Part shown: positions 16,651 through 25,598 of the stretch, in pieces | Layout of the letters: each line of letters starts with the position of its first letter | Position numbering within the stretch: the first letter of the stretch is position 1 | DNA from: Planctomycetota bacterium | GTDB lineage: Bacteria > Latescibacterota > UBA2968 > UBA8231 | DNA length: 59,840 nt | Assembly (NCBI GenBank): GCA_047616505.1 | Contig: JBLHGI010000002.1 | Coordinates: 1 to 59,840 of the forward strand | Direction of reading: 5' to 3' | Notes under the pieces: generated by a model | The model's input: only the letters and a program-made list of their open reading frames with translations | Told to the model about the DNA's origin: nothing | The model's database searches: none | Made by a program: the position numbers and the translations under genes

Positions 16651-18303
16651 TTAGTCCAAACCGGCCGCATGACGGCCAGCCGCCGGATCACCTGCGGCAC
16701 TCATCGCACCACTGAACGAGTCGATGTGGAGCATAACGGGCTTAGCAATCGGTTCAGCCTTCACTTCTACTCGATGCCCGCGCTGTGCCAACTCCTCGCG
16801 CACCCCCGCATCGATAGCATCGCTAATAGACAGTGAGCCGACGGCTCCAAGCGTGGCCGTTCGTTCTGAATTTGGATCAAATGAGTCTTGGTGGTGCACG
16901 GTAGCAAAGCGCGGAGCGACGACCGCTGCGGCGGGCAGCTGCCCAAACTCGCAATAATCCAAGAGTAAATTCAGCGTTGCCTGATCCTGTAAGTCACCGC
17001 CAGCAACGCTGACGGCCAAGAGCGGCTTGCCGTCTTTTAAAACCAGCGTCGGCGTCAGTGTGATACGCGGGCGCTTGCCCGGCGCAATGCAGTTGGCATG
17101 TCCAGGCGTCGTGTTGAGGCTGCGCAGGCGATTGCCAAACGAAACACCCGCTTGACCGCTGCCCCCTTCGCGGTAAACGTTAGCACTCGGCGTAGCTGCC
17201 ACGACGTTGCCCCAGCGATCGGCCACCACACACGTCGTCGTCCCCCCGACGCCCGGGCGATACTGACCACCTCCAGCCAGCAGCGCCTCCATAGTATGTG
17301 GATCGCCCGGCCTGGCCTCTTTGGCTATTTGTTTAAAGTCAATCAGCGGTCGACGCAAGCAGTTATACTCCTCGGAAAACAACGTATCCAACGGCACATC
17401 AACAAAGTTCGGATCGCCGTAATACGTGTCGCGGTCGGCCATAGCGAGCTTGATCGCCTCGACTACGACGTGCACGTAATCGGCAGAAAAGTGTCCCATC
17501 CCCTTGAGGTCAAAGCCCTCCAATAACCGCAGCGCCTGACACAGAAACGGCCCCTGGGTCCACGGCCCACATTTGTAGACTTCGCAACCGCGATAGGAGA
17601 CCGACACCGGGGCTTCGATCAGCGTCCGGTGTGCCGCCAAGTCGCGCCTTCGCAGAAAACCGCCGTGCTCTATATAATGCGCCTCCAACTCCTCGGCGAT
17701 ATCATTGCGCTCTGGATGGCGCCCATAAAAACGGTCGCAGGCCGCCTGCAGACACTCGTGGCGACTGCCCTTCGTTCGCTGCTCTTCCTCGACCATGCGC
17801 CTTAGCGTATGGGCCAAACGCGGGTGCCACTCTTCGCTCCCTGCATCGAGCAAATCCAGCGCGGGTTGCACAATCTCGGCAAAAGTCTTGCTGCCAAAGT
17901 GCTGCAGCGTCGTAATACACAGATCCACCACCGAAGGCACCGGCGCCATCTTGATATCTTTGTCCGGAATGCCGTGTTCCATATACCAGTCGATAGCCGC
18001 CGGATCCAGCGGCGCCCCTCCCTGGCCCGAGAGCGAATGCACCTGCTCTTTTTTTGCGTCATATATGAGCAACGGCACTTCGCCACCAATCGAACAAGCG
18101 CCATGATCTGTCACATTCAGCGCCAAAATGGTAGCCGCAGCCGCATCGGCGGCATTGCCGCCTGCCGCAAGGATCTCTATTCCCGCCGCGACGGCACCCG
18201 CACCCCCTGCCGCCACAACTCCCGTCTTACTCTCGGCCTGCCAACCTATGTCCCGTGCTTTAATCTGCATACCTACACCCACTTTCTCTGTGCCCTGCAT
18301 CAC
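16651..18303 (-). CDS. Gamma-glutamyltransferase-family protein (no signal peptide seen)
   Basis: GGNAADAAAATILALNV near the N-terminus and the autoprocessing/nucleophile motif GGTTTCVVADRWGNVVAATPS. The start may be 18303 (GTG), 18300 or 18270. Confidence 0.85.
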   Translation of the reverse strand: MMQGTEKVGVGMQIKARDIGWQAESKTGVVAAGGAGAVAAGIEILAAGGNAADAAAATILALNVTDHGACSIGGEVPLLIYDAKKEQVHSLSGQGGAPLDPAAIDWYMEHGIPDKDIKMAPVPSVVDLCITTLQHFGSKTFAEIVQPALDLLDAGSEEWHPRLAHTLRRMVEEEQRTKGSRHECLQAACDRFYGRHPERNDIAEELEAHYIEHGGFLRRRDLAAHRTLIEAPVSVSYRGCEVYKCGPWTQGPFLCQALRLLEGFDLKGMGHFSADYVHVVVEAIKLAMADRDTYYGDPNFVDVPLDTLFSEEYNCLRRPLIDFKQIAKEARPGDPHTMEALLAGGGQYRPGVGGTTTCVVADRWGNVVAATPSANVYREGGSGQAGVSFGNRLRSLNTTPGHANCIAPGKRPRITLTPTLVLKDGKPLLAVSVAGGDLQDQATLNLLLDYCEFGQLPAAAVVAPRFATVHHQDSFDPNSERTATLGAVGSLSISDAIDAGVREELAQRGHRVEVKAEPIAKPVMLHIDSFSGAMSAAGDPAAGRHAAGLD

Positions 18304-18324
18304 AATATGACAAAACAGTTGTGC

Positions 18325-20121
18325 CTACTCGTACCACTGGGCCTGTAGGCGAAATAAATGACTATACTCGCCCTTGCTAAGCATCAGTTCGTCGTGGCTG
18401 CCCACTTCGATGATCTGTCCTTCTTTGAGCACGACAATTCGGTCACAGGTGCGCGCTGAGCCCAAGCGATGCGAGATTAGCACCGAAGACTTGCCGCGCG
18501 TCATTTCGCCAAAACGCTCGTAGATCTCGGCTTCTGCTTTAGGATCGAGTGCCGCCGTCGGTTCGTCGAGCACGACAATCTCGGCACCGCGCACCAGCGC
18601 TCGCGCCGTGGCCAACTTCTGCCACTGCCCCGTCGACAAGTCTTCTCCCCCCAACTCTTTCCCCAGCAGCGTATCGTATTTAGCCGGCATCTTTTCCGCG
18701 TACTCAGCTACGCCCGCCAACGCCGCCGCCCGCTCTACCTCTGCATCGGTCGCACGCCCCAAAGCGCCAAAGGCAATATTCTCGCGCACGCTAAATTGAT
18801 AGCGCACAAAATCCTGGAAAACCGCTGCAAACTGCAGGCGCACCGCTTCTTTGGGCCATTCGTCCAGCGCTTTGCCCCCTAGGTATATAGTCCCAGTCGT
18901 TGGCCGATAGAGCCCCATCATCAGCTTGACCAGCGTCGTCTTACCTGCCCCATTTTCGCCGACTAACGCCATGCGCTCGCCCGGTTTCAGCTCTAGACTA
19001 ACGTCCTTGAGCACGTCTTGCTCTGAGCCGGGATAACGAAAAGAAACCTTCTCAAAGCGCAGCGCACTATTGGCCGGTATCGCCAACTCTCTTTCCAATG
19101 ATGGTCTTTCTTCCGGTGCAACCTGTTCCAAGAATTCAAAGAGATCGCCCAAATACAGCGCCTCTTCGTGCAACGTACCCAACGAGCGCATAATCTGTTC
19201 TAAGCGCCAGGAAAACTGCTGCACCGCCCGCGTCAGCATGCCATACTGGCCAATCGTCAGCGTCGCCCCTGCCACCATCCACGCCAGGATTGCCATACAG
19301 CCCGTATACGTCCAACCGCCGACGCTATCGCCCAAGCCCCCGAGCCACGCCTGCTTGACCTCTAATCCGCGCCGTTCGCGCACCAGGCCTATAATCTTCT
19401 GCCGCCATTCATCCAAGAGATGCCCACGTAGCGTGAAGAGGCGCAACTCCACGGCCTGTTCACGCTCGCTGAGCAAATCGCGCAGATAGCGCAAGTCGCG
19501 ATAGGCCGGCGTGCGCTCGCGATAGACCCAGTGCGTCTTTTTGCTCATGCGCATCATCACCCACACGCCGGGTACCGAACCGATCACGACCAACGGCGCC
19601 AACACCCAGTGTCCCGTCAGTAGCACCGCTAAAATCGCGCCGAGCCCACCGGCGGCACTGAGCACATTGAGCAGCACATTGAGCAGGCTCAACAAACGGC
19701 CGCTCATATCTTCGTTGGCGCGCTTGAGCGCATCGTAAAAGGTCGGATGTTCAAAATGCATCAACTCTACGGCCCGCACTTTGTCAATTACTAAGCGCTG
19801 TAAACGCAGGCCGATCTTTTCCTGCACATCGACTTGTAATAGCGCCCGCCCCATCTCCAGCAGCATAAAAGCCAACAGCGTGCCAAAGAATCCCGCCACC
19901 CACGGCAACACGCGCCAAAAGCCCACGCTGCCCGCACCCAGGACCTGGGCCAACTCATCTATGACTTGCTGCGTCAGCCACAACTCCACCGCCGGCAACA
20001 AAGACCCGAGCAAGGCGATTAGAGCCAAGGCCACCGCACCGAGTGGATGCGTGCGCAGCGCTATACCCAATAGCTTTGGCAGCAGACGCAGACTACTCGC
20101 CTTTTTCTCTCGCTCGCTCAC
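18325..20121 (-). CDS. ABC exporter, fused permease/ATPase subunit (second half of a heterodimer pair)
   Basis: 6-TM domain plus NBD: Walker A GENGAGKTT, signature LSTGQWQK, Walker B IVVLDEPTAALD. I prefer the GTG at 20119-20121: it forms a GTGA overlap with the upstream stop and has GGAGGAG 5 nt upstream. The ORF track extends to 20148. Confidence 0.9.
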   Translation of the reverse strand: MSEREKKASSLRLLPKLLGIALRTHPLGAVALALIALLGSLLPAVELWLTQQVIDELAQVLGAGSVGFWRVLPWVAGFFGTLLAFMLLEMGRALLQVDVQEKIGLRLQRLVIDKVRAVELMHFEHPTFYDALKRANEDMSGRLLSLLNVLLNVLSAAGGLGAILAVLLTGHWVLAPLVVIGSVPGVWVMMRMSKKTHWVYRERTPAYRDLRYLRDLLSEREQAVELRLFTLRGHLLDEWRQKIIGLVRERRGLEVKQAWLGGLGDSVGGWTYTGCMAILAWMVAGATLTIGQYGMLTRAVQQFSWRLEQIMRSLGTLHEEALYLGDLFEFLEQVAPEERPSLERELAIPANSALRFEKVSFRYPGSEQDVLKDVSLELKPGERMALVGENGAGKTTLVKLMMGLYRPTTGTIYLGGKALDEWPKEAVRLQFAAVFQDFVRYQFSVRENIAFGALGRATDAEVERAAALAGVAEYAEKMPAKYDTLLGKELGGEDLSTGQWQKLATARALVRGAEIVVLDEPTAALDPKAEAEIYERFGEMTRGKSSVLISHRLGSARTCDRIVVLKEGQIIEVGSHDELMLSKGEYSHLFRLQAQWYE

Positions 20122-21938
20122 GCACTCTCCTCCCCACTGCGATACCACTGTGCCTGTAGGGAGAACAGCCGTGCGTATTGACCCTCTTTGCGCATGAGCT
20201 CTTCGTGGGTGCCATCTTCCAACAGATGCCCCTGGTCCAACACTATAATCCGATCTGCCACGCGCGCCGAAGCCATGCGGTGCGAGACAAAGACCGCCGA
20301 ACGCCCCTCGCTGAGCGAGCTAAATTGCTGAAAAACCTCTAGCTCCGCACGCGGATCGAGCGCGGCCGTGGGTTCGTCAAAAACGAGTAGCTGCGCCTCG
20401 CGAAAATAGGCACGCGAAATAGCCAGCTTCTGCCACTGCCCGCGCGACAAATCCTGACCGCCGTCAAAATAGCGCCCTAACATCGTCTCGTACCCCTGCG
20501 CCAGCGCCATCACCGTAGCATCGGCACCACCGGCAACCGCCGCGCGCTGCGTACGCTCCTCGTCATCTACCGCCTCAACCCTGCCAAATGCAATATTATC
20601 GCGCGCCGTGCGCTGATACTGGAGAAAGTCTTGGAAAACCGCCGCGCAGAGCCCGCGCATTTGCTCGGGGTCAATCTCACACATATCGATGCCATCGACC
20701 AACACGCGTCCAGCCGTGGGGCGATACAAACCCAATAACAATTTGATCAGCGTCGTTTTGCCGGCGCCGTTCTCGCCGACTATCGCCAGCTTCTCTCCCG
20801 GCTGCAGCGCAAAACTCACCCCATCTAACACCGGTTCGCCTCCCGGATAGGCGAAGGAGACGTTTTCAAAACGGATCTCCAGCGGCTGCTCGGACAGGGG
20901 TAGCATGCCCTCGTGCCACTCTTCTTCCGTCTCGATAAAGGCGCGTAAATCGCTCAGGTGCAGCATCTGCTCAAAAGTCTCTCCCACCTGCTGCATAAGC
21001 TGAGCCAGTACCATCTGGAAACGCGCGATCGCCTCGGCCAAAGCAAAGAAACCACCCAGCGTAATAGCGCCCGCCGTCGCCCGCCACAACAGCACGACCA
21101 GTGCCAGCATGGCCGAGACAATACCGGCCAGACGCCCGCCAAAAAGAAAGCGCTGCTGGCGCAGCGTCAGGCCAAAACGCTCGGCGCGCAGGTGCTGGGC
21201 TAACTCTTCCCAAGATTTGGCCAGGTGATCGCCCATGCCATAGAGGCGCAATTCTTTCGCCGCATCGCGATCCGTCATCAGTTTTACGAGATACTCGGCC
21301 CTTCGCTGTGCCGGCGTCTGCTCATGAAAGAGTGCGTAGACTTCGCGCCCGCGCCGCATCTGCGCCAGCAACATCGGCGCCGTGCCCAAAAAGAGCAGCA
21401 GCGGAATCGACCAGTGTCCCGTGATAAAGAGGGCGATGAGCGTGCAGAGCGTGATAAAGAGTTCGACGATGCTCACAGCAGATTCAAAGGTGCGAAAACC
21501 GCGCCAAATCGCCGCCCACTGCGCCCGCTGCATGCGATCAAAGAACGCCTTCTCTTCAAACAAGCTCAGCCGCACGGACGCCGCCCGCGACAACACTAAC
21601 TCCTGCAACTGCCAACTCGTGCGCTCGCGCACCAGCGAACGCGCGTGATCGCGCACGGCCCCCAACAGCGAACCGACCATGTGCAATCCGACCATCATCG
21701 CCAGGATCGGCACGATGCCGTCAAAACCCACCGCACCCTCACCGTAGACGGCATGCAGCGAGTCGACCAATTCCTTGACCAACAGAATGCGCAGTGCCGG
21801 TATAAATGCCGGCAAGAGTTGTGCGACCACACTGATAGCAAAGGCGATGGGGATTGCATCCCACAACAAGTGGGCAAACCAGCGCAGCGACTGCATATAG
21901 TCGGCGGCAAGAGCTTTTTTGTCGGCGTTTTCGTCCAC
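20118..21938 (-). CDS. ABC exporter, fused permease/ATPase subunit (first half of a heterodimer pair)
   Basis: TMD plus NBD: Walker A GENGAGKTT, signature LSRGQWQK, Walker B LLVFDEPTAALD. GTG start at 21938; an alternative ATG lies at 21896. Confidence 0.9.
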   Translation of the reverse strand: MDENADKKALAADYMQSLRWFAHLLWDAIPIAFAISVVAQLLPAFIPALRILLVKELVDSLHAVYGEGAVGFDGIVPILAMMVGLHMVGSLLGAVRDHARSLVRERTSWQLQELVLSRAASVRLSLFEEKAFFDRMQRAQWAAIWRGFRTFESAVSIVELFITLCTLIALFITGHWSIPLLLFLGTAPMLLAQMRRGREVYALFHEQTPAQRRAEYLVKLMTDRDAAKELRLYGMGDHLAKSWEELAQHLRAERFGLTLRQQRFLFGGRLAGIVSAMLALVVLLWRATAGAITLGGFFALAEAIARFQMVLAQLMQQVGETFEQMLHLSDLRAFIETEEEWHEGMLPLSEQPLEIRFENVSFAYPGGEPVLDGVSFALQPGEKLAIVGENGAGKTTLIKLLLGLYRPTAGRVLVDGIDMCEIDPEQMRGLCAAVFQDFLQYQRTARDNIAFGRVEAVDDEERTQRAAVAGGADATVMALAQGYETMLGRYFDGGQDLSRGQWQKLAISRAYFREAQLLVFDEPTAALDPRAELEVFQQFSSLSEGRSAVFVSHRMASARVADRIIVLDQGHLLEDGTHEELMRKEGQYARLFSLQAQWYRSGEESA

Positions 21939-22167
21939 GAGACCTATGCTCTAAAATTTGACAATTATTATAGCTTTAAACTAAAGCCACTAAGGCCAAC
22001 CGGCAATTTTTGCGTATCGGCGCACAGATCTAAGCTCGACACGCATTCTCCCCAGCTATTATCTCGGCTATTATTAAAGACCTCACGCCGATAGGCAATG
22101 TTACTATGGGTGAGTACTTTTGCGACGGGCAGTGATCTTTTCACAGCAATATTAGGAAGGCAGAGCC

Positions 22168-22467
22168 ATGAAATTGAAAGCGGCATCACCGACTCCTCCC
22201 AAAACACTGTGCGAATTTCTCGCCGACTTAGTTGACGGCGAAAACGGTTTTATGGGCACCCGCGTCCACGCTGGAGAAATTGCGCTGGAAGAGTTGCAAA
22301 AGCTGGGCGAGCGCCGCGCGCTTATTACCACCAGCGGCGACAATCCGCGCTCCATCCGCATCATCGAAGCCAACAGCGGCCAGTTCTGCGATCTGAGTTC
22401 GGATGCCGGGGGACCGTACCGACGCTACTGGATCGACTTAACGTCCGATGCCCATAGCCAGCGGTAG
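22168..22467 (+). CDS. Hypothetical small protein (99 aa)
   Basis: ATG preceded by GGAAGG about 8 nt upstream. GC-rich third positions resemble neighbouring genes. No recognisable motif. Confidence 0.4.
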   Translation: MKLKAASPTPPKTLCEFLADLVDGENGFMGTRVHAGEIALEELQKLGERRALITTSGDNPRSIRIIEANSGQFCDLSSDAGGPYRRYWIDLTSDAHSQR

Positions 22468-22501
22468 CCCCCCCAAGCCCCGCACTCGACTAAATTCAGG
22501 A

Positions 22502-23644
22502 TCAAGATCGGAGCCAATCCCAACTCATGTTGGCAGATCTGGGTATGGGCACATCATCAGTCGCTGGCATATTCAAGTCTGTAATACGCTTAGAAAATCT
22601 TAACCCCGCTTCCAATGCCCCCTCGATCAAACCGCCATTGCTAAAAGATGTTTCCGTTGAGATAAGTTCGAGTTTGCCATCCCACGCCTTGCCCAATTGC
22701 TGTCGGAACCCATACTGTGGGTGACGAGTCGGCGCTTGGCAATCGGCGGCATGAGTCGTGAACTCTTCCGTGCTCCAATCCTGCAAGTAAAATGCTTGCG
22801 ACCGCTCTGCTTCGCCCCCAAATAACGCAACTAATTGAGCCTTTGCTTGGCTTATAAATTCAGCGCGCCCCATACTCGACCGACTTTCTGCATCTAGCCC
22901 AGAAAAACCAAACAAACTGAAACTACGGCCAGAATTTGGCGAGGCATCGTGAATTTCAGCCAGTGGACCACATTGACTTATGGCTGTGCCACATAGGCCC
23001 TTTTGACGCCAAAAGGGCGCATCATAAACGGCAAAAAACTTCGCATGTCCCGCCATCCAAGTAGGTGTTGCGGCTAGCATCTGCTCGGTTGCAAGCGGCA
23101 GTTCCGGTGCAAATTTCAGCTCAGTGACCAAACGAGGAGGAATGGCCAGCGCAACCTGCTGCGCTTGTATCTGCACCGCTCCCGCAGGACTTACCGCATC
23201 GACCATAATGACATGCTCATTGCTCGAAAGCCCTGTAATTCTATGCGCGATAAAACGATGGGACTCATCAATTTCATTGGCAATCGCGTTTGTGAGATCG
23301 TTGATGCCGCCCTGAACCCGACGCGCCCCTTCCATAGGTGATGGATTTGCAACACGCTCGACGCGACCATCTACATGCTGAAACAACACCATGCCGTCGG
23401 CAAATTGCTCGTAATATGGGATCTTGAAATGGTCCAACAAGCCAGCCACAAGGGGTTGACCGGGCCAGAACCAAGAAGGTCCAAGATCACAATCCGCTCC
23501 CTCATCGCCTCCCACGGTCAAAATTCGGCCCCCAAACCGCGTCCTAGCTTCCATTACACATGCGTCTACACCGGCAGATTGCAGTTGCCATGTTGCCGTA
23601 AGTCCACTCAGCCCACCGCCCACAACTAAGACATCCGTCTGCAT
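22502..23644 (-). CDS. FAD-dependent amine oxidase (flavin monoamine-oxidase family)
   Basis: N-terminal dinucleotide fold MQTDVLVVGGGLSGLTATWQLQSAGVDACVMEARTRFGGRI and C-terminal amine-oxidase-like GGLIEGALEAG. Confidence 0.8.
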   Translation of the reverse strand: MQTDVLVVGGGLSGLTATWQLQSAGVDACVMEARTRFGGRILTVGGDEGADCDLGPSWFWPGQPLVAGLLDHFKIPYYEQFADGMVLFQHVDGRVERVANPSPMEGARRVQGGINDLTNAIANEIDESHRFIAHRITGLSSNEHVIMVDAVSPAGAVQIQAQQVALAIPPRLVTELKFAPELPLATEQMLAATPTWMAGHAKFFAVYDAPFWRQKGLCGTAISQCGPLAEIHDASPNSGRSFSLFGFSGLDAESRSSMGRAEFISQAKAQLVALFGGEAERSQAFYLQDWSTEEFTTHAADCQAPTRHPQYGFRQQLGKAWDGKLELISTETSFSNGGLIEGALEAGLRFSKRITDLNMPATDDVPIPRSANMSWDWLRS

Positions 23645-23684
23645 ACTTTGATTACCGTTGATAAATGATCATGATGACAACTCG

Positions 23685-25472
23685 TTAACGTATCTTCAAT
23701 TCCAACACAATGGGCAGTTCGCCTGCCCCGCGCGTCTCCCCTACGGCGGCCCCCAAAATCGCAATGCCATTGCGGTGCTCGGCGTCGGGCTCTACTTCAA
23801 AGCGCAGCACATTCTCACCCGCGCGCAGCAAACATAGCGGTGCCTCTTCGCCACGCTCTACAAACAATTCGTACACCGTGCCATAATAGCGGCGCGGCAC
23901 TACTTCTATTCGCCCTAATACCGCCCCGTTGAGCCGCACCGTCACATTAGAACGCCCCAGCGAATCGGCGCCGACGATAGGCGGAAAATCCGTCGACAGC
24001 CGCACGCGCAAACGCGCCGCAACCACAGCCCCATGCTCGCCTCTAAACTCATATTCAAAATAGCCGACGTCCTTGGCGTAGACAGAAGCAAAACCGCGCT
24101 CGGCTCCGTCCCAATAGCCGCTATTAATCCAACGCGCCTTTGTATAGGCTGTTATGGGGATGCTATAAGACAGCGCGGCCCCACTGTGCGCGGGCAATAC
24201 CAACGCCCGTTCGTAGACTTGCTCGGGAATCTCAACGCGAAATGCCAGATCACGCCTCTTTAGAGATCGCCGACTCAACGGCTCTTTATCTCGAGCAAAG
24301 CGCGGCCCCTCAGTCGCCAAGAGCGAGCATAGCGCCGCGTGCTCTTCTTCGCGCCAGTTAATCTCGAAAGCATCCTCCCACTTCGGATCGGAATAAGACC
24401 AGACGAGCACACCGGAGACCCCCTCAGAGAAGGCACTAGCCAAGAGCCGCTCATACCAGTATTCCCTGTCCTGCCCCTTCCATTTATCCCAACGCGAAAA
24501 ACCCACTTCGCCAATGACCAGGGGTTTGTTCGCGGCATAGTGGGCTAAACGCACGAGATCTTCAACCACTTCTTCTACAGCCCGCTCCCCCGCAAAGAGA
24601 AAGCGCTGATGATATGCCGCGGGATACAGGTGCACATCGGCGTAGTCCAACTCCGGCATCTGGATAGATTCTATGATATGCTCGCGCACCAACGCTCTTT
24701 CATAGAGTGAGAAACTGCTGCTGACTAGATGATTTGCATCGAGACTCTTCACGTAGCGCGCCATCTCGACGAGCCACTGCTGCATCGCCTTTGTATGATC
24801 AAATTCAGCGTGCGCTTCGTTGACTAACTCCCAAGCAAAAATCGCCGGGTCATCGCGATACAATCCACCCGTAACCGTATTGCGGCGCGTCACGACTTTT
24901 TCGATAAATGCCTTGGCGTATTCTCTCGTGCGAGCGTCTACATAAAACGAATCGTGGTAAGCATAGCTGCGCGCATCGTCTTCAATGCCCGCCCAATGCA
25001 GATACATGGGTATACCGCCATAGTCGCGCCAATTATTAAAGAGCGTCAGCACGACTTTTATATCGCGCGCGGCAGCCGCCGCCAGCAGCGTATCGAGCTG
25101 CACAAAACTCTGCTCCTGCCACCCAGCCTGCCCGGCCTGGAAATAAAACTGCTCGACGGGACGATGTTCGGCACTATCAGGGCTGGCCGCCTCGCCGATA
25201 ACCCATTGGCGCACGACACGCATGCCGCTCGCACGCATACTATCGAGTGCCTCAACGACCGTCTCGCGCTCGCGTTTCCCGTGCAACAGGCGCGTATTGG
25301 CACCGACAAAACGAAAGGGCTCGCCTTCTAAATAGAAGTCGCGCCCCTTGACGGTGACAAAATAAAACTCTTCCGGATGAAAGAAGCGCTGGTAGAGATG
25401 ATACTGCCGATCCGCAGCCCAGAGAGTTCCCCCAACAACAAACACCAAAAAAATAATAAAACGCGTTTTCAC
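23685..25472 (-). CDS. Secreted glycoside hydrolase family 5 (clan GH-A; mannanase/cellulase-like) with an extra C-terminal ~200-aa domain
   Basis: Signal peptide MKTRFIIFLVFVVGGTLWA. Acid/base motif FAWELVNEAH and nucleophile motif PLVIGEVGF at the spacing typical of GH5. Confidence 0.8.
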   Translation of the reverse strand: MKTRFIIFLVFVVGGTLWAADRQYHLYQRFFHPEEFYFVTVKGRDFYLEGEPFRFVGANTRLLHGKRERETVVEALDSMRASGMRVVRQWVIGEAASPDSAEHRPVEQFYFQAGQAGWQEQSFVQLDTLLAAAAARDIKVVLTLFNNWRDYGGIPMYLHWAGIEDDARSYAYHDSFYVDARTREYAKAFIEKVVTRRNTVTGGLYRDDPAIFAWELVNEAHAEFDHTKAMQQWLVEMARYVKSLDANHLVSSSFSLYERALVREHIIESIQMPELDYADVHLYPAAYHQRFLFAGERAVEEVVEDLVRLAHYAANKPLVIGEVGFSRWDKWKGQDREYWYERLLASAFSEGVSGVLVWSYSDPKWEDAFEINWREEEHAALCSLLATEGPRFARDKEPLSRRSLKRRDLAFRVEIPEQVYERALVLPAHSGAALSYSIPITAYTKARWINSGYWDGAERGFASVYAKDVGYFEYEFRGEHGAVVAARLRVRLSTDFPPIVGADSLGRSNVTVRLNGAVLGRIEVVPRRYYGTVYELFVERGEEAPLCLLRAGENVLRFEVEPDAEHRNGIAILGAAVGETRGAGELPIVLELKIR

Positions 25473-25598
25473 AGATTCATCACTCTAAGGAACAACACAC
25501 ATTTCATAAAATATCACCTAATAATTATACCCATAAGACTTGGACCTCAATCCCCACAGTGCTCCAGCAAACCCTCTCGTCCTCCCCAACACTAACAC

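Noticed and set aside
21939-22167. TTGACA at about 21957 as a promoter in the ABC-exporter / hypothetical-gene divergent region
   Set aside because: The best -10-like hexamer (TAAACT) is only 13 nt away, so no acceptable spacing exists.
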